NCBI GenBank assembly: GCA_963819235.1
Contig: CAWFVE010000003.1
Span: forward strand, 947,568 to 1,011,567
DNA length: 64,000 bases
DNA from: an uncultured Acidobacteriota bacterium
Lineage (GTDB): Bacteria; Acidobacteriota; Terriglobia; Acidiferrales; UBA7541
Direction of reading: 5' to 3'
Below the pieces are notes generated by a model, which had not been told where the DNA came from, did no database searches, and worked only from the letters and a program-made list of their open reading frames with translations. This document shows positions 1 through 10,341 of this stretch, piece by piece. The position numbers and the translations under genes are program-made. Within the stretch, counting starts at the first letter, position 1. Every line of letters starts with the position of its first letter.

Positions 1-618
1 GTATTCTCGTTGCCTTGAAATGCCCAACTGCACGAGTAGCGCGGCAAGTGGCGCTACGATCAACATCAAAAGAGCTTCCAGCCCGCCCCCGCGCCGGTCG
101 CGATCGCCTCCGAATCCTCCGAACAGAAGGGTCCAGCGGCCCATAGACGCAATCCAGGTGATCGCGCCGGCCAGCGTGGCGGCGATTGAGGTGGTCAGTA
201 TGTCGTAATTACGAACGTGAGATAGTTCATGAGCGATGACGCCTTCGAGTTCGTCGTCATTCATGAGCTCGAGGAGCCCTTCCGTCGCCGCCACGGAGGC
301 GTGTGAGGGGTTTCGCCCGGTAGCGAAGGCATTTGGCGCCGCCTGCGGGATTACATAGAGCTTAGGCATCGGCAGGTTGCCCTTAGAAGCCAGCCGTTCC
401 ATCACCTGATAGAGCCGTGGGGCCTGCTCGCGCGTTACGGGGCGCGCACCGCTGGAGGACAAGGCGATCTTGTCGGAGAAGAAATAGGCTATCCCATTCA
501 TAAATATGGCGATGACCAGCCCGAAGGTCATGCCTTGGCGTCCAGCGATTGCTTCTCCTCCGAACAGCAGGATGAGCGTAAGCGCCGTCAGTAGAAGTCC
601 AGTTTTAAGTGCCCTCAT
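1..618 (-). CDS. htpX: M48-family zinc metalloprotease HtpX (3' end cut by window edge)
   Basis: Reverse strand from the ATG at 618-616 reads MRALKTGLLLTALTLILLFGG...LMNDDELEGVIAHELSHVRNYDILT. It has the HEXXH motif in the HtpX context and a hydrophobic N-terminus. It is absent from the ORF track because no stop lies inside the window. Confidence 0.85.
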   Translation of the reverse strand, partial: MRALKTGLLLTALTLILLFGGEAIAGRQGMTFGLVIAIFMNGIAYFFSDKIALSSSGARPVTREQAPRLYQVMERLASKGNLPMPKLYVIPQAAPNAFATGRNPSHASVAATEGLLELMNDDELEGVIAHELSHVRNYDILTTSIAATLAGAITWIASMGRWTLLFGGFGGDRDRRGGGLEALLMLIVAPLAALLVQLGISRQREY

Positions 619-700
619 AAGCTATACCTCTGCAATTCCGCCGATCCGCCCGCAAAATCAGTCTAGATGCGCAAAAACCTTGCGTCAATCAGCCTTCCAC

Positions 701-3352
701 TTAGCCCTTGCGCGACGCGGTCCGAGCCGCTGCGGCTGCTGGTTCTTTCCCTCTCGACTTATCGGCCGGTGCTCGCTCGAACTTCATTTTTCCTCCCGAT
801 GCGTCGATCCGAATCACGTCGCCTGGGAGAACCTTGCCCTCCAGGATCTCCTTAGCCAGCGGATCCTGCACCAGCCGTTGCACCGTGCGCCGCAAGGGCC
901 GCGCGCCATATGCCGGGTCGTAGCCTTCGGCGAGTACTAAGTCGCGTGCAGCGGGCGTTAATTCGATACGAACCTGGCGCTCGGCAAGCAACTTCGACAC
1001 GGATGCGAGCTGCAAGTCCACGATCTTCTCCAGTTGCTCCCGCCCCAGAGGATTAAAGAGCACAATATCGTCGATCCGGTTCAGGAATTCGGGACGAAAC
1101 GTCGCGCGCAAAGCTTCAGTGGCCTCTTTGCGAGCGCGCTCAGGATCCTTGTCCGCCAGCTCGAACAGCGCCGCAGAACCCACGTTGCTGGTCATTACCA
1201 GCACCGTGTTGCGGAAGTCCACCTTGCGCCCTTTCCCATCGGTTAGACGGCCGTCTTCCAGAATCTGCAGAAGCACATTGAAAACGTCCGGATGGGCCTT
1301 CTCGATCTCGTCGAATAACACTACGGAATAAGGCCGCCGGCGAACTTGTTCGGTCAGCTGACCCCCTTCCTCGTAGCCCACATAACCTGGAGGCGCGCCG
1401 ATCATCCGTGAGACGGAATGCTTCTCCATGTATTCCGACATGTCTAGCCGGATCATCGCGCGCTCGTCGTCGAACAGGAATTCCGCCAATGCCCGGGCCA
1501 GTTCCGTTTTTCCGACGCCTGTTGGGCCGAGAAAGATGAACGAACCAATCGGTCGATTGGGGTCGGAGAGCCCAGCGCGGTTGCGCCGTATGGCGTTTGA
1601 AACCCGCTCCAGAGCGTCTTCCTGTCCGACTACGCGTTGGCGTAACCGGTCTTCCATGGTGACCAGTTTCCTGGCCTCGCCTTCGAGCAGCCGGCCGACG
1701 GGAATGCCGGTCCACTTGCTGACCAGCGCGGCGATATCTTCTTCGTCGACCTCTTCTTTGAGCATGCGGCCGCTTTTCTGCAACTCTTCCAGCCGCTTCT
1801 GCGCGTCCTGCTGTGCGCGTTCGGCCTGAGCCAGCTTGCTGTAACGAATCTCCGCGACTTTCGCCAAGTCGCCGGACCGCTCGTAGCGTTGCTCCTCCGC
1901 TTTTAGGGCGTCAATCTGCTCTTTCAGTTTGCCGATGCCCGCGATGGCATCCTTCTCCACCTGCCAGCGGGCCTTGCGGGCGTTCGATTGCTCGCGCAGT
2001 TCGGCGAGTTGTTGATCGAGCTGCCCGAGTCGCTCGCGCGAATGCGCGTCGTTTTCCTTGAGCAGCGCCTGGCGCTCGATCTCCAGCTGCATAATGCGCC
2101 GTTCGATCTCATCAATCTCCACGGGCAGGGAATCGAGCTGCATGCGCAAAGCCGCCGCCGATTCATCTATCAAATCGATGGCTTTGTCGGGCAAAAATCG
2201 GTCCGTAATGTAGCGGTTTGATAGCGTGGCCGCCGCGATAATGGCAGCGTCTTTAATTCGGACGCCGTGGTGCAGTTCATAGCGGTCTTTCAGGCCCCGC
2301 AGAATGGCAATCGTATCTTCAACGGACGGCTCGGCGATCACTACCGGCTGGAAGCGCCGTTCCAGCGCCGGATCCTTCTCGATGTGCTTGCGGTATTCGT
2401 TTATGGTGGTGGCGCCGATGGCGCGAAGCTCGCCCCGGGCCAGCGCCGGCTTGAGCATGTTCGAAGCGTCCATCGAGCCTTCCGCAGCGCCCGCACCTAC
2501 CAGGGTGTGCAGTTCGTCGATAAACAAAATGACTTGGCCTTCCGCTTCTGTGATCTCTTTGAGTACGGCCTTCAGCCGGTCCTCGAATTCCCCTCGATAT
2601 TTTGTGCCTGCCACGAGCGCGGCCAGGTCAAGCGCCACGATGCGTTTGGGCTTGAGGACCTCGGGCACGTCGCCGGCCACGATTCTCTGGGCCAAGCCCT
2701 CCACCACGGCGGTTTTGCCGACGCCCGGCTCTCCAATTAACACCGGATTGTTCTTGGTGCGCCGCGCCAGGATCTGCATCACGCGGCGAATCTCCACATC
2801 GCGCCCGATGACGGGATCGAGCTTGCCTCGGCGCGCCAGCTCCGTCAGATCGCGCGCGTACTGCTCGAGCGCGCGAAACGTCGATTCGGGCGTCTGCGAC
2901 GTTACCCGATGGCTTCCACGCACCGCCGCGAGTGCCTGCAGAATGGCATCGCGCGAAGCGCCATGGCGCGCCAGCAGCTGTCCCGCCGGGTCTTTGGTTC
3001 TCGCCGCGATGGCCAGCAGGATATGTTCGGCTGAAACGTATTCGTCCTTGAACTTTTCCGCTTCGTCAAATGCCGCTTCGAGAACTTCGTTTGTCTCCTT
3101 GCTCAGATATTGCTGCGAAACGCCGCTCACTTTGGGCAGCCGCTCGATTTGCGCCGCGATCTCCGCTTCCAGGGTCTGCGGGCGCACACCGAGGCGGTTC
3201 AAGAGCGGAGGCACAACTCCGTCCGGCTGCGCCACCAGAGCAGCCAGCAGATGCAGTGGCTCCAGTTGCTGCTGGCCAGCTTTTCCGGCAATGTCCTGCG
3301 CCTCTTGCAGCGCCTCTTGAGCTTTTACCGTCAGTTTGTCGTATCGCAGCAT
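701..3352 (-). CDS. clpB: ATP-dependent chaperone/disaggregase ClpB
   Basis: 883-aa ORF with two AAA+ modules (GEPGVGKTA and GPTGVGKTE Walker A motifs), a long coiled-coil middle domain and an N-terminal Clp repeat. GAGAAGGAA lies upstream of the ATG. Confidence 0.97.
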   Translation of the reverse strand: MLRYDKLTVKAQEALQEAQDIAGKAGQQQLEPLHLLAALVAQPDGVVPPLLNRLGVRPQTLEAEIAAQIERLPKVSGVSQQYLSKETNEVLEAAFDEAEKFKDEYVSAEHILLAIAARTKDPAGQLLARHGASRDAILQALAAVRGSHRVTSQTPESTFRALEQYARDLTELARRGKLDPVIGRDVEIRRVMQILARRTKNNPVLIGEPGVGKTAVVEGLAQRIVAGDVPEVLKPKRIVALDLAALVAGTKYRGEFEDRLKAVLKEITEAEGQVILFIDELHTLVGAGAAEGSMDASNMLKPALARGELRAIGATTINEYRKHIEKDPALERRFQPVVIAEPSVEDTIAILRGLKDRYELHHGVRIKDAAIIAAATLSNRYITDRFLPDKAIDLIDESAAALRMQLDSLPVEIDEIERRIMQLEIERQALLKENDAHSRERLGQLDQQLAELREQSNARKARWQVEKDAIAGIGKLKEQIDALKAEEQRYERSGDLAKVAEIRYSKLAQAERAQQDAQKRLEELQKSGRMLKEEVDEEDIAALVSKWTGIPVGRLLEGEARKLVTMEDRLRQRVVGQEDALERVSNAIRRNRAGLSDPNRPIGSFIFLGPTGVGKTELARALAEFLFDDERAMIRLDMSEYMEKHSVSRMIGAPPGYVGYEEGGQLTEQVRRRPYSVVLFDEIEKAHPDVFNVLLQILEDGRLTDGKGRKVDFRNTVLVMTSNVGSAALFELADKDPERARKEATEALRATFRPEFLNRIDDIVLFNPLGREQLEKIVDLQLASVSKLLAERQVRIELTPAARDLVLAEGYDPAYGARPLRRTVQRLVQDPLAKEILEGKVLPGDVIRIDASGGKMKFERAPADKSRGKEPAAAAARTASRKG

Positions 3353-3402
3353 GGTTTGTTCCTTCTCGACCCTAGCCGTTAATTCAGCTTCATCTTAGAC
3401 CG

Positions 3403-3424
3403 AAAAAGGCCGGATGGCCCGGCC
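3403..3424 (-). terminator. Hairpin plus T-run (reverse strand) between the hsp20 remnant and clpB
   Basis: Reverse strand reads GGCCGG-gccat-CCGGCC followed by TTTTT. The stem is short, so function is uncertain. Confidence 0.3.
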
Positions 3425-3448
3425 CCATTTCGAGTAACGGCCTTTTGG

Positions 3449-3574
3449 TTATTTCTTGCCGTTTCCCAAAACACTGATCTTGACTTGCTTTGGCTTAGAC
3501 TCCTCTCGCTTCGGCAGATGCACGCTCAGGACGCCATTCTGATATTCCGCGCGAATGCCAATCCTGCCTGCGAG
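3449..3574 (-). pseudogene. Hsp20/alpha-crystallin small heat-shock protein, C-terminal remnant only
   Basis: Reverse frame reads LAGRIGIRAEYQNGVLSVHLPKREESKPKQVKISVLGNGKK*, the typical Hsp20 C-terminal strand plus tail. An in-frame TAA lies immediately upstream. Only about 125 nt remain before queA, so the ~100 N-terminal residues are missing. Confidence 0.55.
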
Positions 3575-3594
3575 TTATACTTATTGCACGACAG

Positions 3595-3623
3595 AGCATA
3601 TAATATTAGTGCGTGGATGTCAA
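3595..3623 (-). promoter_or_regulatory. sigma70-like promoter (TTGACA-N17-TATGCT), reverse strand
   Basis: Read directly: TTGACA at 3623-3618, a 17-nt spacer, TATGCT at 3600-3595. It sits in the AT-rich divergent region between queA and the hsp20 remnant/clpB. Confidence 0.3.
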
Positions 3624-3703
3624 TGATAAAAACGAGGTCTCTGTATATTAGTAACCTCCTTCTATTTCAGTATGTTAGATAGCAATCATGCTATCATTTC
3701 CTC

Positions 3704-4804
3704 GTGCAGATTTCAGAGTTCGATTACGCCCTTCCGACTGATCGCATCGCGCAGAAGCCTGCCGAAGATCGCTCTGCGTCCCGTATGCTTCTGCTGGATC
3801 GAAATTCTGGCCGGGTTGAGGATGCCTATTTCAAGGAACTGCCCTCGCGACTTACGGGCAACGAGTTGATGGTGGTAAACAATGCGCGGGTCATCCCGGC
3901 GAGACTTTTTGCTCATCGGGCCGGGATCCTTGCCGAGCCGTCGGGAAAGCATGGCGCGAGGGGGCACCTCTCCTCTCGCATCGAGGTGCTACTTACTCGC
4001 CGCATAGACCCCGATGTGTGGGAAGCCCTCGTCCGCCCGGGAAGGAAAGTCGGAACTGGGGAGAAGCTATTTTTCGAGGGGGCGGCACTCGAAGCCGAAG
4101 TGATCTGGCGCGGAGGCTACGGTCTTCGACAGCTCCGATTCCGCGCCGAGAACGGGGCCGATGTATCTGAAGCCATCAACCGGGCCGGTCATGTGCCTTT
4201 GCCGCCATATATCCGCAGATCGGACGAAGGCTTAGATCGAGAGCGCTATCAGACGGTATTTGCAAAGCATCCGGCCGCAGTCGCTGCACCAACGGCGGGT
4301 CTTCATTTCACCCCAGGGATTCTCTCCGAATTGCGCCAGAAGGGAATCGAGATAGCGGAGATCACGCTCGAAGTCGGTCTCGGCACCTTTCAGCCCATTC
4401 GCTCGGAGAGTTTAGACGATCACGTTATGCATTCCGAGGCCTACGAGATTTCGCCCGGCGCAGCGGCGGCGATCGCGTCCGCGCGCCACCAGAACAGGCC
4501 CATTTTGGCTATAGGTACCACGGTTGTTCGCGCGCTCGAGGATGCCGCTCAGAAATCGATGGCGGCTGGCCGCGCTCCCGAGGCGATTGCCGCCGGACGT
4601 ACTGTCGCGGATATTTTTATTCGTCCCGGGCATCGCTTCCTGGCAATCGATCAGCTTCTGACGAATTTTCACCTGCCTCGCTCCACTTTACTCGCGCTGG
4701 TTTGCGCGTTTGCGGGCCGCGAAACGGTGTTATCCGCCTACCGCCATGCTGTCGCCTCCGGCTACCGCTTTTACAGTTACGGCGATTGCATGCTCATCCG
4801 CTAA
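3704..4804 (+). CDS. queA: S-adenosylmethionine:tRNA ribosyltransferase-isomerase
   Basis: 366-aa ORF with a GTG start. The N-terminus (M)QISEFDYALPTDRIAQKPAEDRSASRMLLL and the tail GYRFYSYGDCMLI are QueA hallmarks. Confidence 0.93.
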   Translation: MQISEFDYALPTDRIAQKPAEDRSASRMLLLDRNSGRVEDAYFKELPSRLTGNELMVVNNARVIPARLFAHRAGILAEPSGKHGARGHLSSRIEVLLTRRIDPDVWEALVRPGRKVGTGEKLFFEGAALEAEVIWRGGYGLRQLRFRAENGADVSEAINRAGHVPLPPYIRRSDEGLDRERYQTVFAKHPAAVAAPTAGLHFTPGILSELRQKGIEIAEITLEVGLGTFQPIRSESLDDHVMHSEAYEISPGAAAAIASARHQNRPILAIGTTVVRALEDAAQKSMAAGRAPEAIAAGRTVADIFIRPGHRFLAIDQLLTNFHLPRSTLLALVCAFAGRETVLSAYRHAVASGYRFYSYGDCMLIR

Positions 4805-4997
4805 GACCTGCAGCGCCACATCGCTGCGTTCAATGCATCTGTCCCGGAAAACGCTCCAAGGGCCATAGGGTGCCGGATTGGTATCTGGCAGTACGGAAGT
4901 ACTATTACGCAAGTTTTAAGACCACCACAGAATTAGCGCCAAGGCAAAAGCCTTAGGTCAAGACGGAGCGCCCGTGGGCGCTGTAAAGGACCCTATA

Positions 4998-6662
4998 ATG
5001 CCAAGCACTGCGAAGGACTCCCTCTTCGAAGCCACCACGGCTGAAGGCCTGGCCAAGAGCGAAATACAAGGTTCCCAGCCTAGCGATGCCATCGGTGCAG
5101 AAGTGCCTGTAACGATTCACGCGTCGCGATATTCAGCGGCGTCAAAGGGCGCGGGCAAACTTCCGCCGGTGCATGAAGAGACGCGCACCGTGATCATTTT
5201 TCCGCAGGGCGCTGTGGTGCGCTTGTCGGCGATGGTGACCCCTGGCGAGTTGGTCGTAGTCACGAATAACCGGACGGGAGCGGACGTAATTTGCCGCGTC
5301 ACGAGCGTGAAAACGCAGCCCGGAATTCAAAACTACGTGAACCTGGAATTTACGCAGCGAGCCCTCGGTTTTTGGGAAGAACCGCGGCAGGCCGAGCATC
5401 CCCTTGCGAAAGACAAAGCCCCCCTTGGCGTCGTTTCGTCCGCCGCGCCAGCGCAGGTGCCAACGCCGATAACCGCGGTTCCCAAAGTGAGTATGCCGGC
5501 GGTACAGCCGGAATCTACCGCACGAGTTTTGGCGCCGTCTGCCGAAGCGAAGCCGGTTTTCACGCAACCCCTAAAGGTGACTTCGTTGGCGGATGCGCCC
5601 GCCGGAAGGTTGCGAGACGCTGTTCAGCAAATCCCCATTGCTGCGCCCCCGATTTCAGAGATTCCGTCCGCACCGGCCCTATCCACCAGCCAGCCGCGTA
5701 TCGTTCCGTCTCGTGTCCCACGACTGGAATCGTTCGACTCGGCGGGCTTCGAGGAAGCCAAGGACCAGGAAAACAAGGGCCCAAACAACTCGAACAACAG
5801 GATCGTTTTGATCCTGACTGCAGCAATCGTGCTGCTGGCTATTGGCGCCGTCGGCGGCGCCCTCTTTCTGCGTTGGAACCGGGCTCTTGCGATCACACAG
5901 CAGGCTTCAACCGCGCCGGTCTCAACCGCAACGTCCGAGCCGGTTGCGACGATGTCTACGTCAGGTCCAGCAACGGCAGAGGCTCTGCCGGTCGCCAACA
6001 CATCCGTCAAGTCCAACCCGGTCGCACCCGCCTCGAGTATTTCGACCTTACCGGGTAACGCTGGGTCAGGGAGTTCGACGGTGCCTCAATCGACGCCCGT
6101 CCGCCTAAGCATCGAGACGCCCAAAGTCGAGGTGCGTTCCGAACCTCAACCGCAGCCTAAGGTCGAGGTGCGCTCCGAACCTGAATCGCAGCCCGCCGTA
6201 CGTGCGAATATAAACGTGGGCAAGATCTCAGCGCCAAACATGAGAACGGCGGCAAGAATCAATGCCGTGGAACCTCCGCCAGTGCTAACGTCTGACCCTG
6301 CCGCACTGCCCAAGGGAATCAACGTTGCGAACACCTTCGGCGCCAGCAGTTCCATTGCCTCTCCTGGGGCGCCGCCGGAAGCCATAAAAGGCGGACAACT
6401 CGTGCAGCCGAAGCTCATCTCTTCCGTCGCCTCGTCATATCCCGCCGCCGCCAGAGCCGCCCATGCGGAAGGCGATGTTCTTATTGACGCGCTCATCGAT
6501 AGCACGGGAAAGGTTGCGACTACAAAGGTCATCAGCGGCTCTCCACTTCTGCAGCAAGCGGCCGTCGATTCGCTCCGCTTTTGGAAGTACGAGCCCGCGC
6601 GGCTGAATGGTGAGCCTATTCCCATTCACATCAGGGTCGACGTCAATTTCCGCTTGCAGTAG
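4998..6662 (+). CDS. TonB C-terminal domain protein with a long Pro/Ala/Ser-rich linker
   Basis: The last ~80 aa (YPAAARAAHAEGDVLIDALIDSTGKVATTKVISGSPLLQQAAVDSLRFWKYEPARLNGEPIPIHIRVDVNFRL) fit the TonB_C fold. A single TM segment is present (IVLILTAAIVLLAIGAVGGALFL). The ATG at 4998 has AAGGA upstream; the ORF track starts earlier at GTG 4974. Confidence 0.8.
   Translation: MPSTAKDSLFEATTAEGLAKSEIQGSQPSDAIGAEVPVTIHASRYSAASKGAGKLPPVHEETRTVIIFPQGAVVRLSAMVTPGELVVVTNNRTGADVICRVTSVKTQPGIQNYVNLEFTQRALGFWEEPRQAEHPLAKDKAPLGVVSSAAPAQVPTPITAVPKVSMPAVQPESTARVLAPSAEAKPVFTQPLKVTSLADAPAGRLRDAVQQIPIAAPPISEIPSAPALSTSQPRIVPSRVPRLESFDSAGFEEAKDQENKGPNNSNNRIVLILTAAIVLLAIGAVGGALFLRWNRALAITQQASTAPVSTATSEPVATMSTSGPATAEALPVANTSVKSNPVAPASSISTLPGNAGSGSSTVPQSTPVRLSIETPKVEVRSEPQPQPKVEVRSEPESQPAVRANINVGKISAPNMRTAARINAVEPPPVLTSDPAALPKGINVANTFGASSSIASPGAPPEAIKGGQLVQPKLISSVASSYPAAARAAHAEGDVLIDALIDSTGKVATTKVISGSPLLQQAAVDSLRFWKYEPARLNGEPIPIHIRVDVNFRLQ
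6120..6191 (+). repeat. 2 x 36-nt in-frame tandem repeat (PKVEVRSEPQPQ / PKVEVRSEPESQ) inside the TonB-C protein
   Basis: Direct reading: units at 6120-6155 and 6156-6191 differ at a few positions. Confidence 0.85.
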
Positions 6663-6760
6663 TTGCGGTCTGACGAGCTCGGCTCGCAGTTGGCGTCGCA
6701 AAAGCTTCAGGCCTCCTCTATAATCTATACTCTTCCGCTGCCGTTTTCGGCGGTCTTCCC

Positions 6761-7504
6761 ATGCGCTTGCTGGTGTTTAGCGATGTGCACGCGAACGCGA
6801 CCGCGCTCGAAGCGGCGCTCGTAGCCTGCGCCGGGCATTGGGAGAAGGCAGTATGCCTTGGGGACGTCGTGGGCTATGGACCCGACCCGAATGAGGTTGT
6901 GCGGCGCGTGCGTTCCCTGGTGAGCGCGGCTGTTCGCGGCAATCATGATAAAGCCGTCGGGGGCGCTGCGGATCTCGAGGATTTCAATCCGGCCGCTCGG
7001 GCTGCCATTGAATGGACCCGCGCACAGCTTCTTCCCGAGAATCTCGAGTACCTGCGGAACCTGCCTGGCGGGCCGCTAGAGGCTGAAGGGGTCGCGCTGG
7101 TGCACGGCGCGGTAGAAGACGAGGACGAGTATGTTTTTACTCCCGATCGAGCGCTGGACGGTATACTCACTTCGCCTCGGGCGGTCACGTTCTTCGGGCA
7201 CACCCACATTCAGGGTGGCTTTTCGTTTGACGGAGAAAGCATCCAGTCTATCGATCCGCACCCGGATCCAAAGATGAATCGAAGCGTAATTCGCCTGCAG
7301 CCGGGAACACGTTACTTGTTGAATCCGGGGTCAATTGGGCAGCCGCGTGATGGTGATTCGCGAGCTGCTTTTGCCATCATCGATCTCCGCCACCGGGAAG
7401 TGGAATTCTGGCGGACGCCTTACGACATTTCCTCCGTACAGGAGCGCATGGAGCGTGCCGGCGCTCCGCAAACGCTGATCTTGAGGCTAGCCTTCGGACG
7501 ATGA
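6761..7504 (+). CDS. Metallophosphoesterase family protein (YfcE/MJ0936-like)
   Basis: Motifs MRLLVFSDVHAN, GDVVGYGPDP, GNHD and GHTH occur in canonical order. Confidence 0.85.
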   Translation: MRLLVFSDVHANATALEAALVACAGHWEKAVCLGDVVGYGPDPNEVVRRVRSLVSAAVRGNHDKAVGGAADLEDFNPAARAAIEWTRAQLLPENLEYLRNLPGGPLEAEGVALVHGAVEDEDEYVFTPDRALDGILTSPRAVTFFGHTHIQGGFSFDGESIQSIDPHPDPKMNRSVIRLQPGTRYLLNPGSIGQPRDGDSRAAFAIIDLRHREVEFWRTPYDISSVQERMERAGAPQTLILRLAFGR

Positions 7505-7995
7505 GCAATACTCCAAAGCCCTTGATGGACGACGAAAAGAGCAGAGCGCCGATGGTTTTACTCGTCGGCATTGCCGCGGCCTTGGTGCTGATCGGTGTGA
7601 TCTATCTTGCGGGCCGGCTTACGCCGGCGCCGGCAAAAGTCGTCGAGCAGCCCTTACCTATGGGGGCTGCGGAACAAGCTTACGCCCAGAATATTCAGTT
7701 TTTAGAACCCAAGGTCGCTCGTGCGGCGAACTTCCTCAATCAAGAGGTGACCTTCGTATTCGGAACGGTGTTGAACAATGGCCCTGGGGCGATTCGGCAG
7801 ATCGAGATTACGCTCGAGTTCCATGACGTCTTCAACCAGGTGGTTTTGCGAGATAAGCAGCGCTTGTTCGGCCCGACGGCTGTGCCCCTCGCTCCCAACG
7901 ATCGCCGCGATTTTCAACTTGGCTATGAAACGCTTCCCGCGCAGTGGAACCAGGCCTACCCGACGATTCGCATCACCGGTTTGCAGCTTCAGTAA
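7501..7995 (+). CDS. Hypothetical membrane-anchored protein
   Basis: ATGA start/stop overlap with the upstream gene. One N-terminal TM segment (MVLLVGIAAALVLIGVIYLAG). No recognisable domain. Confidence 0.6.
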   Translation: MSNTPKPLMDDEKSRAPMVLLVGIAAALVLIGVIYLAGRLTPAPAKVVEQPLPMGAAEQAYAQNIQFLEPKVARAANFLNQEVTFVFGTVLNNGPGAIRQIEITLEFHDVFNQVVLRDKQRLFGPTAVPLAPNDRRDFQLGYETLPAQWNQAYPTIRITGLQLQ

Positions 7996-8055
7996 GCGCC
8001 CTAGGCGCTGCGATTTCGCTTACTGCCTGCCCCTTTTGGCCTATACTCGGCCACC

Positions 8056-9540
8056 ATGGATTTGAGGGAGGCGGTGAACGAGGCGCTTCAGCGCTTGATC
8101 GCAAGCGGCCGCGTAAAGGTTCAGGAGAACGGCTCTTGGGTAGCGTCGCTCGAAAACTTCCAGTACGAATTGCGCGAGAAGGCCGGAGCGGTCGTGCTGC
8201 ATTTGTGGTCCGCGGAAAGTACGCTCGTGCGGCGCGTGGTGGGCATCGATAGCGATGCTTCTGGAGGTCTGGCGCTCAAGGTTACCCGCTTCGGCCGCGC
8301 GCGGCCAGCTCGCCTTGAATTCTTATCCTGCGAGCGCGAGCCACATCGAGGACAGATGCGGCGAGAGCAATTTCGTTCCCGTTTCAGGGAAATGCTCGCC
8401 CAGCACTATCCAGACGAGACGGTCTCCTCTTTAACCTCAGCACCCGACCTCGAACATTCTCTCTCCGGTAATTATGTTCGCGGCCTAACCTTCGTGGGAA
8501 ATCATGGCGCGGCCATCATGGCCGCGGCGCCAGGCGAGACCCCTGCCACCTACGACGCCCTCCTTACCTTCGGTCTGCTTTGGCTCGACCGTGCCCGGCA
8601 TCGACAATCACGGAAACCTGTAGGCGTCCTTCGCCTGTTCTTTCCCGAAGAGACGGGCAGCGTTATAGCGCACCGCTTGAAAGCGGTTTCGTCTTCCACG
8701 AGTGTGGAGATCCATGCCTATGACGCCCGGTCGGGGCGGGTACGCCAAGTCGACCCGAAAGACAGCGGCAACCTCAAAACCTGGCTCGTGCCGCGCCGGG
8801 AAGTCGAAGCCGTGATGAATCAGGCGAGACCGGCAATCGAGCCCATTTGCCGGCTAAATCCCACCGCCATTACCGCACAGCCGATCTCCGGCACATCTGA
8901 AGTTGCTCTGCGATTTCGCGGTCTTCTCTTTGCCCGCTGGTCGCAGGGAACTGTATTCTTCGGCATCGGGTCCGAGCAGCCACTCTCTCCGTCTAACCGC
9001 CAACAGCTCGATCGCCTCATTCGCGAACTCGACACGTACCGATCGCCAGTCTCCGGTTCGCCTCGGCATCCTTTATATAGGGCGCAGCCCGAACGCTGGC
9101 TGCAGTCGCTCGTGGTCGCGGACGCTGTGCGCATCGATCCGCACATCGATTCGCGCTTTATTTATACCCAGATCCCCGTCTCCTCCTCCGCGGACCGCGG
9201 CATCATGGATCTCTTGTGCATTACGCTGGACGGCCGGCTGGTAATTATGGAGCTCAAGGCCGCCGAAGATGTGCAGTTGGTTATGCAGGCGGTCGATTAC
9301 TGGTTGCGGGTTCGCCATCATCAGGAGCAGGAGGATTTCCCCCGCTACGGCTATTTCCCAGGGCTGAACATAAGCTCACAACCGCCTTTGCTTTTCTTGA
9401 TAGCGCCCGCACTCCAATTTCATCCGGCCGCCGATGTCTTGGCTCGTTATCTGATCCCGAAGATGGAAATCTGTCGGGTGGGGCTGAATGAGGGATGGCG
9501 CCGAGGCCTGCGCGTGGTTCTTCGGCGGAGTCTGCCGTAA
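8056..9540 (+). CDS. Conserved hypothetical protein with a C-terminal PD-(D/E)xK-like nuclease motif
   Basis: 494-aa ORF. The C-terminal segment GIMDLLCITLDGRLVIMELKAAEDVQLVMQAVDYW has the D...E-x-K arrangement of restriction-endonuclease-like folds. The family was not identified. Confidence 0.65.
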   Translation: MDLREAVNEALQRLIASGRVKVQENGSWVASLENFQYELREKAGAVVLHLWSAESTLVRRVVGIDSDASGGLALKVTRFGRARPARLEFLSCEREPHRGQMRREQFRSRFREMLAQHYPDETVSSLTSAPDLEHSLSGNYVRGLTFVGNHGAAIMAAAPGETPATYDALLTFGLLWLDRARHRQSRKPVGVLRLFFPEETGSVIAHRLKAVSSSTSVEIHAYDARSGRVRQVDPKDSGNLKTWLVPRREVEAVMNQARPAIEPICRLNPTAITAQPISGTSEVALRFRGLLFARWSQGTVFFGIGSEQPLSPSNRQQLDRLIRELDTYRSPVSGSPRHPLYRAQPERWLQSLVVADAVRIDPHIDSRFIYTQIPVSSSADRGIMDLLCITLDGRLVIMELKAAEDVQLVMQAVDYWLRVRHHQEQEDFPRYGYFPGLNISSQPPLLFLIAPALQFHPAADVLARYLIPKMEICRVGLNEGWRRGLRVVLRRSLP

Positions 9541-9580
9541 AAAAATGGAAGCAGCCTTGGCTTTCGCCGTAGCTGCTTCC
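9538..9580 (-). terminator. Rho-independent terminator candidate downstream of the HNH gene
   Basis: Reverse strand reads GGAAGCAGC-16 nt loop-GCTGCTTCC followed by ATTTTTTT. On the + strand the same hairpin follows the stop of the 8056-9540 gene but lacks a T-run. Confidence 0.45.
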
Positions 9581-9683
9581 CGGGGTGTGTCCTAGAAGTG
9601 GTCTTAGGAATTAGATGCCGACTAACTCGAGGGCGTTGTATCTTTCAGGCAGGCTCGATTCTCTGACTCCCGCTTTGTAACCT

Positions 9684-10316
9684 TCAGTAAAAAAGGTACT
9701 TCCGCCACTTCTCGTCTCGGTGGCCAATCAAGCGCATAAGCTGCCGAGAGGTGTAGAGCGTAAAAGGGCGCGGTCGCCGAGCCAGCTTAATGCCCGCTTC
9801 CTCCGGCGTACGATCGCCCTTGCGATTATTACACTGGTAGCAGCAGGCCACGAGGTTGTCCCATGAGGAGCGCCCGCCCCGCGAACGCGGAACGACGTGG
9901 TCCAGGGTCAGCTCCGAAGCGGGGAAAACCGCGCCGCAGAATTGGCACGTGTTGCGGTCCCGCAGCAGAATATTCTTCCGCGAAAGGGCGCGCGTCTGTT
10001 GCGGAATGTGCCGATAGGCAAGCAAACGGATCACCGACGGCACCTTCATGGCCCGCGAAGTGGAATGCACTTCGTGGTGGTTCAACTCCTCGGCCTGGGC
10101 TACGCCCTTCAGCAACAGCACCATGGCCCTGCGGACCGCCGTCACGTTGATGGGTTCAAACGTTGCGTTCAGGACTAATACTGGCTCCTGCATGACCGCT
10201 GGCTTGCGGCTGGCGTGAGGCGGAATAGAACGAGGAGGATGGCTTTCGCGGTTAGCTACCGGCAGGACAGGCTTGTCCTTGGTACTTACACCTTCATCTG
10301 ATGAGCCCGAGTTCAT
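9684..10316 (-). CDS. HNH endonuclease
   Basis: CQFCG...[40 protein letters not shown] is a classic HNH/zinc-finger core. The true start could be the internal MQEPVLVLN (10193). Confidence 0.88.
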   Translation of the reverse strand: MNSGSSDEGVSTKDKPVLPVANRESHPPRSIPPHASRKPAVMQEPVLVLNATFEPINVTAVRRAMVLLLKGVAQAEELNHHEVHSTSRAMKVPSVIRLLAYRHIPQQTRALSRKNILLRDRNTCQFCGAVFPASELTLDHVVPRSRGGRSSWDNLVACCYQCNNRKGDRTPEEAGIKLARRPRPFTLYTSRQLMRLIGHRDEKWRKYLFY

Positions 10317-10341
10317 CCGTCCGGCCCCCTGCTCGGCGACT

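Noticed and set aside
2304-3320. 338-aa forward ORF inside clpB, plus similar long antisense ORFs at 16115-16996, 19387-20415, 30324-31304, 46180-46896, 48977-49648 and 62400-63071
   Set aside because: Each is antisense to a gene with clear family motifs. All have Ser/Arg/Ala-biased composition and lack SD or start context.
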